Below are positions 9,977 through 19,768 of a DNA stretch of 64,000 nt, piece after piece. Positions within the stretch are counted from its first letter, which is position 1. Every line of letters starts with the position of its first letter. Source of the DNA: Acidobacteriota bacterium (lineage in GTDB: Bacteria > Acidobacteriota > UBA890 > WLXD01); assembly GCA_965248695.1 (NCBI GenBank), contig CBDFKD010000002.1:4352001-4416000 (forward strand). Reading direction: 5' to 3'. The notes beneath the pieces were generated by a model, which was given only the letters and a program-made list of their open reading frames with translations, made no database searches and was not told the origin of the DNA. Position numbers and translations under genes: made by a program.

Positions 9977-11350
9977 CTACGCTCTGGCGAGCGCCTCGCA
10001 GATCTCGACCGTGCAGCGAACGCCGCGACGCAGGGCGGCGATCGTGATGTGCTCGTTCGGAGCGTGGTGGTTCATGCCCGGCTGCCCATAAGGCACCAGC
10101 AAGCTCGGCATGCCGAGCACGCGCGTGAAGATGAAGTCGGGCGTTGTTCCCCCCAGGCGAGGCCGCAGGATGGGCGGCTGATCGCAGGCGCTGGCAACGG
10201 CTGCGATGATTGGCTCGGCGAGCGACGTATCGGGTGGGGTCGCGGAAGGTGGCACGGAGGCCAACCGCGTGAGCTGTATGGACGGGAACCGCGGTCGCAA
10301 GTGCCCCTCGAGAGCGGCGAAGATACGGTCGGGATCCTGATCGGCAACCAGGCGAACGTCGAGCTTGCACGTGGCGCTCGCCGGAATGATCGTCTTGGCG
10401 CCGGGTCCGCCGTATCCGCTCGTCAAACCGGCGATATTCAGAGTCGGCGAGAACATCAACGCCTGGGCCGGATCCTCCTCGGCCAGCGGAGCCAAGTGGT
10501 CGACGCCGAGCTCTTGGCGGAGGCCGTCGCGATCAAAGCGAAGCGAGTCGAGCATGCGCTGTTCCATGGCGGTAGGCGGCCGCACATCATCATAGAACCC
10601 GGCTACAAGCACCGTGCCGTCGGCGTCACGCATCGATCCCAGCGCGGCTACGAGATCCCAGGCCGGCGTCGGGGCGATACCCCCTCGGTTACCCGAGTGC
10701 ACGTCACGCTCCGCGCCGCGCGCCTGCAGTTCGACATAGAGGAGACCGCGAACTCCGAAGATCACGACCGGCGTACCGTCGTCGTGAAACGGGGCATCGG
10801 AAGTGAGCGCCAGGTCGGCGGACAGTTCCTCGCGGTGATCGGCCGCGACCTGCGCGATATGCGGGCTGCCGATTTCCTCTTCGCCTTCGATCAAGAACTT
10901 GATGCCGATCCCGAGCCGATCGAGCTTATGGAGCAACGCAACGCCCATGATGTGTGCCAGCAGCTGACCCTTGTTGTCGGCGGCGCCACGACCGTAGACC
11001 GCGCCTTCGCGCAGCACGCCCTCGAACGGCTCGGTGTGCCACTCGGAGATCGGTTCTGCCGGCTGTACGTCGTAGTGACCGTAGATGAGCAGAGTCGGAG
11101 CCCCTGGCGGGGCCGGATGGCGCGCGAAGACCACCGGTGCACCGGCCGACTCCCAGATCGTCGTGCGCAACCCCTGCTCGCGCAGAAGGGCCGCGAACGC
11201 ATCAGCGCCTTCCACCAGGCACTCGCCGCGCGCCGACACGCTCGGTATGGCAATCAGCTGACGCAGCGTCTCGGTTGCGGCGCCGGTGGTTGCGTCGATG
11301 TGGGCGTCCAGGTCCGTCAAGTCGAGATCTCTCCGGGTCGCGGGCAACAT
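9977..11350 (-). CDS. M20/M25/M40 family metallopeptidase (dipeptidase/ArgE-like)
   Basis: YGHYDVQP, YGRGAADNKGQL, EGEEEIGS, HAPNEH. Confidence 0.93.
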   Translation of the reverse strand: MLPATRRDLDLTDLDAHIDATTGAATETLRQLIAIPSVSARGECLVEGADAFAALLREQGLRTTIWESAGAPVVFARHPAPPGAPTLLIYGHYDVQPAEPISEWHTEPFEGVLREGAVYGRGAADNKGQLLAHIMGVALLHKLDRLGIGIKFLIEGEEEIGSPHIAQVAADHREELSADLALTSDAPFHDDGTPVVIFGVRGLLYVELQARGAERDVHSGNRGGIAPTPAWDLVAALGSMRDADGTVLVAGFYDDVRPPTAMEQRMLDSLRFDRDGLRQELGVDHLAPLAEEDPAQALMFSPTLNIAGLTSGYGGPGAKTIIPASATCKLDVRLVADQDPDRIFAALEGHLRPRFPSIQLTRLASVPPSATPPDTSLAEPIIAAVASACDQPPILRPRLGGTTPDFIFTRVLGMPSLLVPYGQPGMNHHAPNEHITIAALRRGVRCTVEICEALARA

Positions 11351-11495
11351 CGGGGGAACGGTCTTCTTTGCCGACGCCTTCTTCCGCCGGCTACAATCGT
11401 ACTTGAGTCCGTACGGGTTACGGACGGCAGTCCTTTGCCATCCTCCCGTGACCGTGGGCCCCGGGGTTCATGCCCCGTCTGCCTGGAGACATCGA

Positions 11496-12944
11496 ATGGT
11501 GCTGACTATGCGATTTCGACCGCTGCTTATCCTCGCCGCCCTGGCAATCGGGATCACCCTGACCGACCCGGCGATTGCCCGGAAAGACGACTTCCCGAAG
11601 ACCATGGAGGCGGCGCGTCGCCACTACGAAGAGGAGTTGGCCGTCAAGGACTGGAGCACTGGGCCGGTCGAGTATTTGATGCTGGAGCACGAGCGCGACA
11701 CCTGGAAGGACGTCGAGACCGATGAGGCCCGCCACGAGTTCATCGAGTGGTTCTGGTCCCGCCGCGATCTTGACAGCCGCGACGACGGCCATGCGTTCCA
11801 GGAGGAGTTCTATCGACGGGTAGCGCATACCAACGAGCGTTTCCACGGCTTTCCGCGCGGTTGGCGGTCGGATCGCGGGCGCGTGTGGATCACGCTCGGT
11901 CGGCCCAATGGCGGCATGCGCCGGACGGATCTGAGGCGCTATGGACGATGCTCGGCGCCGGAAGGCGAGTGGTGGACGTACCGCACCAACAACATGGCAT
12001 TCCGAGCGCAGATGGGCGAGTTCCACGTGATCTTCGTCGAGACGCGCATAGGTCAGTACCAGATCTGCGATCCGGGGATGCTCGGGGTGGGCGGCTTCCC
12101 GCCCGATCTGCAGACAGCGTTCCTGTTCACCAACGAGTCATCGGTGGTCGACACGGTCAACGAGTTCCGGCCGGGAGCGGGAGTTGCTACCACCGCGGTA
12201 GCGATTCGTGAGACCGTGGCACGCGTCGAGCCGCTGAGCGTGCCGGCGGCAACCTGGGGGATCTCCGGCGTTGCCGGCGCGGTGCTCATCCCGGTCGAGC
12301 TACCGCTGCGAGGTCTCCTTTTCGAACCCGCTGGCGACGGGCTGCGGTCGACGCTTCAGATCGAGGCGTCGCTACTGGCCATGGGCGATGCAGAGGACTT
12401 CCGCGGCGCGGAAGAGTGGACCATCGATCTGACTGCGGCTGATGCGTCGCAGATTGGTGGCGCTTCGCTGCGCACTGCGCTGTTGGTGCCCGCCGGCGCC
12501 GGTGGCTACTCCGTCGGAGTGCGCGTGCTGGATCCCCTCTCGGGGACCGCCTATACGTGGGAAGGATCTGTGGAGATCACCGACGGCGGTAGCGCCATCA
12601 GCCCGCTGCTGATCGCGCCCTCGGTAACCCGCCTGCGCGATGGCGGAGAGGTGGGGGTGATTTCCGCTGCCGAGCCACGCCTGGGGGCGGGCGACCCGTT
12701 CGTGGCCGTTACCTGGCTGCGTGGCAAGGCGCCGGGCGCCGATACGGTACGGATGTCGCTGGTTGATTCGAGCGGGACCGAGGTCAACGTCGACGACCTT
12801 GCCACCGCCTGGACGACCGGCGCCTCCAGCGGGCCGCTGATCGTCCAAGCAGCGGTACCGGCAGTGGACGCGGGCGAGTACGTGGTTCGCCTCATCGTCG
12901 AGGACGGAGGCCCTCCGGTGGAGGCGCGGGTCCGCATCGAGTAG
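11496..12944 (+). CDS. GWxTD domain-containing exported protein
   Basis: Signal peptide; FIEWFWSRRD, EEFYRRVAHTNERF, GWRSDRGRVWITLGRP. Confidence 0.85.
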   Translation: MVLTMRFRPLLILAALAIGITLTDPAIARKDDFPKTMEAARRHYEEELAVKDWSTGPVEYLMLEHERDTWKDVETDEARHEFIEWFWSRRDLDSRDDGHAFQEEFYRRVAHTNERFHGFPRGWRSDRGRVWITLGRPNGGMRRTDLRRYGRCSAPEGEWWTYRTNNMAFRAQMGEFHVIFVETRIGQYQICDPGMLGVGGFPPDLQTAFLFTNESSVVDTVNEFRPGAGVATTAVAIRETVARVEPLSVPAATWGISGVAGAVLIPVELPLRGLLFEPAGDGLRSTLQIEASLLAMGDAEDFRGAEEWTIDLTAADASQIGGASLRTALLVPAGAGGYSVGVRVLDPLSGTAYTWEGSVEITDGGSAISPLLIAPSVTRLRDGGEVGVISAAEPRLGAGDPFVAVTWLRGKAPGADTVRMSLVDSSGTEVNVDDLATAWTTGASSGPLIVQAAVPAVDAGEYVVRLIVEDGGPPVEARVRIE

Positions 12945-13061
12945 ACGGCATTCAGCGTGCTAACCTGATTGGTTACCGCGTGGAGGAAGATACACGCATG
13001 GTAGGATCGGCGCGGGAGACCCATCTCCAGGCTCAATGCGAGCCGATCCCTGGCGGCCCAG

Positions 13062-13340
13062 ATGCGTATGACTCAGGACCAGATCGACGTGATCGCCTTC
13101 CGGGTCGTGCGGGATCTCAACAAGCTCGGGCTGATCAGCGTGGTGGACGCGGCGGAAACGGAAAGTCGGATGAGCTCGATCGTCGTCGACGAGCTGATGA
13201 CCGAGGATCGTCTCAACGATGAGGTGCGGGACATCATGCGCACGTACAACGACCAGATCCGTCGCGCCGATGTCGAGCTGCACGAGATGTTCAAAGTGAT
13301 CAAGGCCAAACTCGCAAAGGAACGCAACATCATCCTCTGA
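13062..13340 (+). CDS. DUF507 family protein
   Basis: EDRLNDEVRDIM...MFKVIKAKLAKERNIIL; first of a tandem pair. Confidence 0.8.
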   Translation: MRMTQDQIDVIAFRVVRDLNKLGLISVVDAAETESRMSSIVVDELMTEDRLNDEVRDIMRTYNDQIRRADVELHEMFKVIKAKLAKERNIIL

Positions 13341-13345
13341 TCGTT

Positions 13346-13627
13346 ATGCGTCTATCCCGCGCTAAGGTCAACCATCTGTCGCGCCTCCTCGTCGATGCAC
13401 TCGCAGTGGACGAGTCGGTAGCTCTGCGTCGCGATCCGAACACTGTTCGCCTGGCGATCGTCGAGATCTTCAATGAGGAGCTGCGGCGCGACGAGTACAT
13501 CGACCGCAAGGTGCAACAGAAGATCGCCTCCCAGAAACGCGACATTCCCGAAGGGGGAAGGGAGTGGGAGATTCTCTACCGGCAGTACTATCGCGAAGAG
13601 TTCGACCGGCACCGTCCCGCGCGCTGA
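13346..13627 (+). CDS. DUF507 family protein
   Basis: MRLSRAKVNHLS...KIASQKRDIPEGGREWEILYRQYY. Confidence 0.8.
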   Translation: MRLSRAKVNHLSRLLVDALAVDESVALRRDPNTVRLAIVEIFNEELRRDEYIDRKVQQKIASQKRDIPEGGREWEILYRQYYREEFDRHRPAR

Positions 13628-13668
13628 CGGGGCACGTGTCGCTCCGTCGCACCGCTGGTATTTGACGC

Positions 13669-15927
13669 ATGCGGGTCACCGCCGTTCTTCGCGTCGCCTT
13701 CTTGGGCGTTGCCGTCGCGGTGGCGTTGGTTGTCTATCTGCAGTGGCAGCCCGCCAGAGCGCTCGATCCCGCCACCGCCAGTGTCCCGGTCGCGGTCCTG
13801 CCGGAGAGCGACCGTGACGTCGATTCGCACACCGAGCGGATCAACTTCGTCAAGTACCGCGGTGACCGGCGGCTCTACGAGATCACCGCCGACGATCTCC
13901 TGGACTTCTCCGACGGTTGGAACACCTGGGCTGGCGTGCAGCTGCGAATCTTCGGCGAGGAAGGTGCGGGAAAGGACGTCATGGTAGTCGGCGACACCAT
14001 GCGAACGAGTGGCGAGGGCGATGACTTCGACGAGATTCGTATTCTCGGCAACGTTCGTGCCGAGCTCCCCAACGACGGCTACTTCGAGACGCGACGAGTG
14101 AACTACGACGTAGTTAGCGGAGTGGTAAGCAACTGCAACCGCAGCACGTTGTTCTACGCCGGCATGGAGTCGCGTGGCGACTGTCTTCATTTCCAGACAG
14201 CGGGCGACGTCACCAGCGGACAGGACGTTGTAGCTGAGGAGCTCCGGATGTGGGGCGACCTGACCGTACGACGGGGCAGCGATGATAGCGCCATGCCTGC
14301 TGGACTCCGCGGCGGCGCTGCGGAGATGCGCGTTCGGCCGGGGGGAGATCAAGTGCACCTTCAGGGTGACGCAGAATTGGAGATGGAGCAGGCGTCGATT
14401 CGCGGCGACAACATCGTGCTCGATGTCGGATCCGGCGTCAGTGAGTTGCGCGGGATCGAGGCCGCCGGTAGTGCGCGGGTGAGGTTCTTCCCGCGTGGCG
14501 ATAACCCGGCTGCCGTCGAGGAGCCTGCCGACGATGTCGACCTCGACACAGATGTCGAGAGTGCCGATGAGGGCCTCGCGGAAGAGGCGGACGGAGAGAA
14601 TAACGGTACGGAGATAGCGGCAGACCGAGACGCCGGCGAGACGGCGGCAAACGAGGAGGACAGCGCCGCACGGCTCCTCCGCGGGGCCACGATTCAGGTA
14701 GCGTTCGACGACGGCGAGCTTTCGGCCATCGAAGCGATCAGCGGGCGGCTAGGATCGCGGCTAACCCTGCCGGGTTTCGGGCGCCTGGAGGCGCGAGAGA
14801 TTGCTCTTCGTCCCGATGACGACCGCCAAGAAATCGAGGCGCGTCGCGGCGTTGCCTGGCGAGCGCGCGGCAACAGCGAGAGCCTGCGCGAGCTTACCGC
14901 AGCGGAGCTCCTGCTGATCGCCAGCGATGCCGGCCTCGAGAGCGTCGAGGCTGATGGCGATGTGATGGCAGATCTGGCGATGCCGGAATCGAAGGAGTCG
15001 CTGGTGTTCACCGGTGCTCGGTTGATTGCCGAGTGGACCGACGGCGTGCTCGACGAGGCAGACTGGCCCGACGGAGTCGAGTTCGAGGCCGACGGTCGTG
15101 CCCTCGTGGCCGGTGAAGCAAGCTATACGGACGTCGCTGCTGCCTGGACGCTTGCCGGGGATCCAGCACCGGTCTTGTCGGCGAACGGCGTGGATCTGTA
15201 CGCCGACGAAATGACGTGGCGCCCGGGAGAGGGTGTTGACGCCTATGGATCGGTACGCGCCGATGTGGCCGACCAATATCTGGACGCGGCCAGCGTCTTG
15301 TTCGGAGATGCTCCGGTGGTGGAAATGCGTGCGGAGTCGGCCGAGCTCGATGTCGACGGAGTCCTTATCCTGCGCGACACGGTGCAGGTCATCTGGGAGT
15401 CACAGTCGCTGGAGACCAGCGAGCTCCGACTGGAATCCGATCCAGGCCGCTTGCGCGCCGCCGGGAACGTCGAGTTGGTAGCCGTTGCATCGATCGAAGA
15501 AGATGGCGAGCCGGAGTACGCGACCGTGACCGCCAGCAACTTGCTCGTCGAGCAGGACGGGATGGAGCTACGTCTCGGCGGCACCGCCAGCCTGCGTCAG
15601 CGCACGCGCGTCATCGAGGCCGACAAGCTACGGGTCGATGTCAGCGACGCAGGCGAGTGGAGCGAGATCTTTGCCGAGCAGGCCGTCCGGTTCCGCGATA
15701 CCCAGGCGGAAGCGAATGGCGACGAGCTGACATACGACTTGGAGACCGGCGAGCTGGTCTTGCTGGGAACCTCCCTCGCCCCCGCTCGTTTCGCCTATGA
15801 GGGCATCGAGTACAAGAGTCAGGATGCCCTCCGCGTCGTTTACGAGGCCGACGAAGTGATCATCGAATCGACCGAGAACGGCAGGACACAGACGATCCCC
15901 GTGCCGCGCGAGGTGCAGAGCCCCTAG
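13669..15927 (+). CDS. LptC/LptA(OstA)-like LPS transport periplasmic protein with repeated beta-jellyroll segments
   Basis: N-terminal TM anchor; repeated beta-rich units (AAGNVELV, ANGDELTYDLETGELVLLG); expected position upstream of lptB-rpoN. Confidence 0.75.
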   Translation: MRVTAVLRVAFLGVAVAVALVVYLQWQPARALDPATASVPVAVLPESDRDVDSHTERINFVKYRGDRRLYEITADDLLDFSDGWNTWAGVQLRIFGEEGAGKDVMVVGDTMRTSGEGDDFDEIRILGNVRAELPNDGYFETRRVNYDVVSGVVSNCNRSTLFYAGMESRGDCLHFQTAGDVTSGQDVVAEELRMWGDLTVRRGSDDSAMPAGLRGGAAEMRVRPGGDQVHLQGDAELEMEQASIRGDNIVLDVGSGVSELRGIEAAGSARVRFFPRGDNPAAVEEPADDVDLDTDVESADEGLAEEADGENNGTEIAADRDAGETAANEEDSAARLLRGATIQVAFDDGELSAIEAISGRLGSRLTLPGFGRLEAREIALRPDDDRQEIEARRGVAWRARGNSESLRELTAAELLLIASDAGLESVEADGDVMADLAMPESKESLVFTGARLIAEWTDGVLDEADWPDGVEFEADGRALVAGEASYTDVAAAWTLAGDPAPVLSANGVDLYADEMTWRPGEGVDAYGSVRADVADQYLDAASVLFGDAPVVEMRAESAELDVDGVLILRDTVQVIWESQSLETSELRLESDPGRLRAAGNVELVAVASIEEDGEPEYATVTASNLLVEQDGMELRLGGTASLRQRTRVIEADKLRVDVSDAGEWSEIFAEQAVRFRDTQAEANGDELTYDLETGELVLLGTSLAPARFAYEGIEYKSQDALRVVYEADEVIIESTENGRTQTIPVPREVQSP

Positions 15928-16200
15928 CAGGCCGTGGTGGAAGTGTGGCGGGCCTGGCGACAGGGTCTTGCGAGGTGGAGGCAAGAGAGGAGGAGGCGAT
16001 TGCGACCCCATCGTCGACGACGAACGACGCAGCATACGCGCGCAACTCCCCTGTCGCCCAGAGGGTTACGGTGATTTGGGGCCACCTGCGGCGTTGGCCT
16101 TCCTCGACGATGGTTAGGGCATCGCCAGTGTCCGGCCGCCTTCCATATGGCCCCAACTCACCGCAACCAGGCCCGCCACACTTCCACCACGGCCTGCTAG
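15924..16200. mobile_element. MITE-like non-coding element 1 (~270 bp; 34-bp perfect inverted repeats including flanking CTAG)
   Basis: ctagcaggccgtggtggaagtgtggcgggcctgg (15924-15957) is the exact reverse complement of 16167-16200; CTAG (or TA) is duplicated at both ends; no transposase. Confidence 0.85.
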
Positions 16201-16207
16201 CGGGCGA

Positions 16208-17587
16208 TCACAGATAGTCGACCGGATCGACGCCGGCGAGCTCCGGCTCCAGGGGCTGCTCGACCTGGATCTCGCCGGCGCTCAGATCGAGAGCCTCCGG
16301 TGGCTCCAGCTCCTCGCCGGCGGCGTCGCGAACGACCAGCACGTACGGCCGCTCTGGGTCGAGAAGGTTGGTGCTTCGCGCCACCGCAATACGGCCATCG
16401 CTCAGTTGGAGGCACGTACCCGGCGGGTAGTAGCCGAGCATGCGCCGGAAGCCTGCGAAGAGCTCAGCGTCGAACTTGTCGGTGGCGTCCTTTTCCATGA
16501 TCCGCATCGCAACGTCCGGCGCCAGCGCGTCACGGTAGGGCCGATTCGACCGTAGCGCGTCGTAGACGTCGGCCAGGCAAACGAGCTCGGACACCAGATG
16601 CAGGGGCCAGCGACCATAGTCGGTGTGTTGCTCGTCGTACGCCAGCTGGTGCTCGTAGGCGACCACGAAGGCCAGATCGTCGGCCGGCGACTCGAGGAGC
16701 ATGCGGGCGCCATCATCGCCATGGCGCTGCATCACCTCCCACTCTTCGTCAGTCAGCTTCCCCGGCTTGTTGAGCACGCCGTCGGGCACCATGACCTTAC
16801 CGATATCGTGCAGGATCGCGGCCAGCGCGACCTGGGTGAGCGCTTCGTGCGGCAGCTCCAGCCAGCGGGCGATCGTCAACGACAGCATCGCCACGTTGAG
16901 CGAATGGGTGTACGAGTAGTCATCATGGTTCTTGAGGGTATGCAACAGCGAGAATGCCTGTGGCTGCGCCTCGACCACGTCGGCGAGGTCGCTGGCTAGC
17001 GCGACCGCATGGGTTATCGAATCGGTATCGATACCGTGTTCCAGACGGCCCTTGGGCTGATGCATGTTCTCCAGGTTGGCCGAGTAGACCTCCCAGGCGC
17101 GCGATAGTGTCGGTACGGTGCGTGCGGAGCCCGTCGGCCCGGTTCCTGCGTCGCCGCTCAGTGGCGCGGCTTCGATGTTCTGCACAGCTTCTTTCGCCAG
17201 AAGCGTCTCGATGCCGCCCTCGGCTTCGAGCGTCTCCTGCCGTGCGTTGAGGGCGCCGACCAGAGCCCTGAGCTCCCATCGGCGGACGCCGCGCGATATC
17301 GCCATGCGGCCGATGCCCTGGCGCCGGAACAGCTCCGACAGGCCCTCCAGAACCTCGCCGTGGACCGGAAGTGGCTCATTGTCGAGAATGAACTCTCCGT
17401 CAGCAAGGGCGAAGCGCAGGTCGCCCCTATCGGCCAGCAGTCCGACGGTGCGAAGGTACAGGTCGCGCATCGCGCCAACCGCTCGCGGGTGATCCTTCGG
17501 GTAGATGGCCTGGCTCTGTTGGGCGCACAGCAGGTGTCGACCGAGCTCCACCAGGACGTCTTCTCCGGAACTGCACTCACGCGGCAC
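16208..17587 (-). CDS. HD-GYP-like HD-domain phosphodiesterase
   Basis: HDDYSYTHSLNVA, ILHDIGK, LNKPGKLTDEEW, LADVYDALRSNRPYR; GYP segment is non-canonical. Confidence 0.88.
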   Translation of the reverse strand: MPRECSSGEDVLVELGRHLLCAQQSQAIYPKDHPRAVGAMRDLYLRTVGLLADRGDLRFALADGEFILDNEPLPVHGEVLEGLSELFRRQGIGRMAISRGVRRWELRALVGALNARQETLEAEGGIETLLAKEAVQNIEAAPLSGDAGTGPTGSARTVPTLSRAWEVYSANLENMHQPKGRLEHGIDTDSITHAVALASDLADVVEAQPQAFSLLHTLKNHDDYSYTHSLNVAMLSLTIARWLELPHEALTQVALAAILHDIGKVMVPDGVLNKPGKLTDEEWEVMQRHGDDGARMLLESPADDLAFVVAYEHQLAYDEQHTDYGRWPLHLVSELVCLADVYDALRSNRPYRDALAPDVAMRIMEKDATDKFDAELFAGFRRMLGYYPPGTCLQLSDGRIAVARSTNLLDPERPYVLVVRDAAGEELEPPEALDLSAGEIQVEQPLEPELAGVDPVDYL

Positions 17588-19742
17588 GGGCGGTGTCCTG
17601 TGGTTGTGGCGCTACGGCGGTCTGCGGCTCGCTCTGCTGCCGTTGGCGTCGCTGGATGCTCTTCACGGCAGCGATAGCTGCCCGGGCGGCCGTGCGGCGG
17701 CGCCGGCGAAACAGCCAGGCTCGACGCGTCAGCGGCACCAGGGCGCCGAGGGCGGCCTCATCGCCGATCTGAGCGAGCGCTCTCGCGGCCGCGGCGATCC
17801 GGCGCGTGTTCCGACCACTCCAATTCGGCAGCGACAGATGCTCCAAGAGAATCTCCTGGGAGCGGCGCTTGAACCGTTGCCGGAAGGCACGGAGGGCGGC
17901 GACGCGTACTTCCAGCGTCGTATCCGCAAGTGCCTCGAGCAGGACCGGCTCAGAGCACTCGTCGGGCAGAAAAGCGAATCCTCCGACGGCCTCGCGTCGG
18001 ACCGTGGCGTCGTTATGACGTGCCGCCAGCCCGAGCAGTGGGGCGAGATCTGGCCGGCGCAGCTGGGCGAGCACCCAGACGAGATTCCGCACGAAAGGAA
18101 TGCGCTCGTCATTGAGCCGCTCGCCGAGGTCTTCCGTTGGCAGCGTCTGCATGCCACCGAGGATGCGCCGTAGATGGTGCCGATACGAGGGTGATCGAGC
18201 TGTGGCGAGCGCCTCGAGCAGCTCCGGCAGGAGGTCGACTCCCAGGTGGTCCACGATTCTCCACAAGACTGGGAAGCTCTCGCCTGCCGAACGTGCCAGA
18301 CGCCGGACGAGGAGCACCGCCAGCTCCGGTTGCTGTATCTGCGCCAGTGCGCGGCGGGCGAGCTCGCGCTCCTCCGTGCTGCGGCCGGTGTCGCTGGCGT
18401 GATGAGCGAGAGTCGAGAGAATCTCCTCGAGCAGCCCCAGCTCGTTGTTCTGCACGATGGTTTCGAGGGAGCTCTCGATGGCATCGATCAAATGCTCGTA
18501 GAAACGCGAGTCACGATTGCTTATTAGCAGGGAATGCGCGATTCGCGCCTTGCGCACTCGCAACGAGTCCTCGCCAAGCTCGCCGAAGCGAGCGCGGATC
18601 TTACCGCTGTTCCACGGCGACTTGCCTTCCGACGACTCGTGTTCCAAGGCCGCGCGATAGTCGTCGGGCACGAACGGGTCCGGGTTCTCGCCAGTCATGA
18701 CCTCGACGAGATGGGGCCATGCCTCTTGGACATCAACTGAGGAACGCTCGGCAAGGTGTACCGCCCGGCTGGCGATCTGAGATCGGTCGGTGCGACCCGA
18801 CACAACGCGCGACAGGAACTTGTAGAGCCGCGGTGTTGCCCGCGAACGGGATTGCATCGCGTAATTCACCAACCGCATGACCTGCCCACCGGAAAGCGCC
18901 TGGGCGACGCGCTCGGTGAGGTCTATCGGGTCGCTGACCTCGGTGCCCGCCTGCAGGGGCAGAGGGTCGGTGAGCACCTCGATCCAGGCTTCCGGGTCGA
19001 GGTCGTCGAACAGGCCGGCAGACGTCTCGACCAGTGTCTCGATCAGGTTGGCGACATCGGGCGCGCGCCCGGCGATCTGTTCGACGAGCAAGGTGAAGCC
19101 GTCGGTTTGCGAGTGTCGGGCCATCTCCGAGGGTTGACGGGCCGGATCCAGCGCCCAGCGGAAGAAATCGCCGGCGCACTCCGCGTCCGCCGCGAGCTCC
19201 TCCCATTGCAGCGGAGGAGCGCCGCTCGGGCCCCCGAAGCCGGCCAAGATCTGGCCCCAAACGTCGTCCGGGTCGAACCGATGGGAGCCGCCATCGACGA
19301 GCCCTTGAAGCTGTAGCGGATCGGCGTGGATTCCGGGGATACCGCCGAGCAGCAGCGTGTCTCCGTCGTGCTCGAACTCCTGCTGCGCCAGGGTGGTGAT
19401 CAGCGTTCGCACCGAGTCCATCGGCAGGCCGGGGCCCAACGTCAGGCGAGCGACGCGGCGCCGATGCAGCTGCGCAGCCAGTCGCTCGAGAATGACCGAC
19501 CGTGTCTGGCGCGTTCGCGGCGCGGTCCAGGAGATCTCCTCGGGGCGGATTTGTATCGATAGAGGCTCGGTGCCTATCGCCGCCACCAGGGAGGAGTGCG
19601 CCGTCTCGAGCGCCGTGACCACCGCGGGGGCCGAAGCTGGGTACATCCGACTGGTGTGCACCGCAATGTCGAGTCGGCGCAGTGCTTCCGCCGGGTCGTT
19701 GTCCGGCTCCGTGCTGTCCAGGTGCAGGGTGTCGGTGCACAT
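17577..19742 (-). CDS. HEAT repeat-containing protein
   Basis: C-terminal HEAT units (FVRNLVWVLAQL, VRREAVGGF, VRVAALRAF, AAARALAQIG); stop overlaps the HD-GYP start. Confidence 0.8.
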   Translation of the reverse strand: MCTDTLHLDSTEPDNDPAEALRRLDIAVHTSRMYPASAPAVVTALETAHSSLVAAIGTEPLSIQIRPEEISWTAPRTRQTRSVILERLAAQLHRRRVARLTLGPGLPMDSVRTLITTLAQQEFEHDGDTLLLGGIPGIHADPLQLQGLVDGGSHRFDPDDVWGQILAGFGGPSGAPPLQWEELAADAECAGDFFRWALDPARQPSEMARHSQTDGFTLLVEQIAGRAPDVANLIETLVETSAGLFDDLDPEAWIEVLTDPLPLQAGTEVSDPIDLTERVAQALSGGQVMRLVNYAMQSRSRATPRLYKFLSRVVSGRTDRSQIASRAVHLAERSSVDVQEAWPHLVEVMTGENPDPFVPDDYRAALEHESSEGKSPWNSGKIRARFGELGEDSLRVRKARIAHSLLISNRDSRFYEHLIDAIESSLETIVQNNELGLLEEILSTLAHHASDTGRSTEERELARRALAQIQQPELAVLLVRRLARSAGESFPVLWRIVDHLGVDLLPELLEALATARSPSYRHHLRRILGGMQTLPTEDLGERLNDERIPFVRNLVWVLAQLRRPDLAPLLGLAARHNDATVRREAVGGFAFLPDECSEPVLLEALADTTLEVRVAALRAFRQRFKRRSQEILLEHLSLPNWSGRNTRRIAAAARALAQIGDEAALGALVPLTRRAWLFRRRRRTAARAAIAAVKSIQRRQRQQSEPQTAVAPQPQDTARAA

Positions 19743-19768
19743 TGTCGATCTCAGCGTCGGACTGGCGA

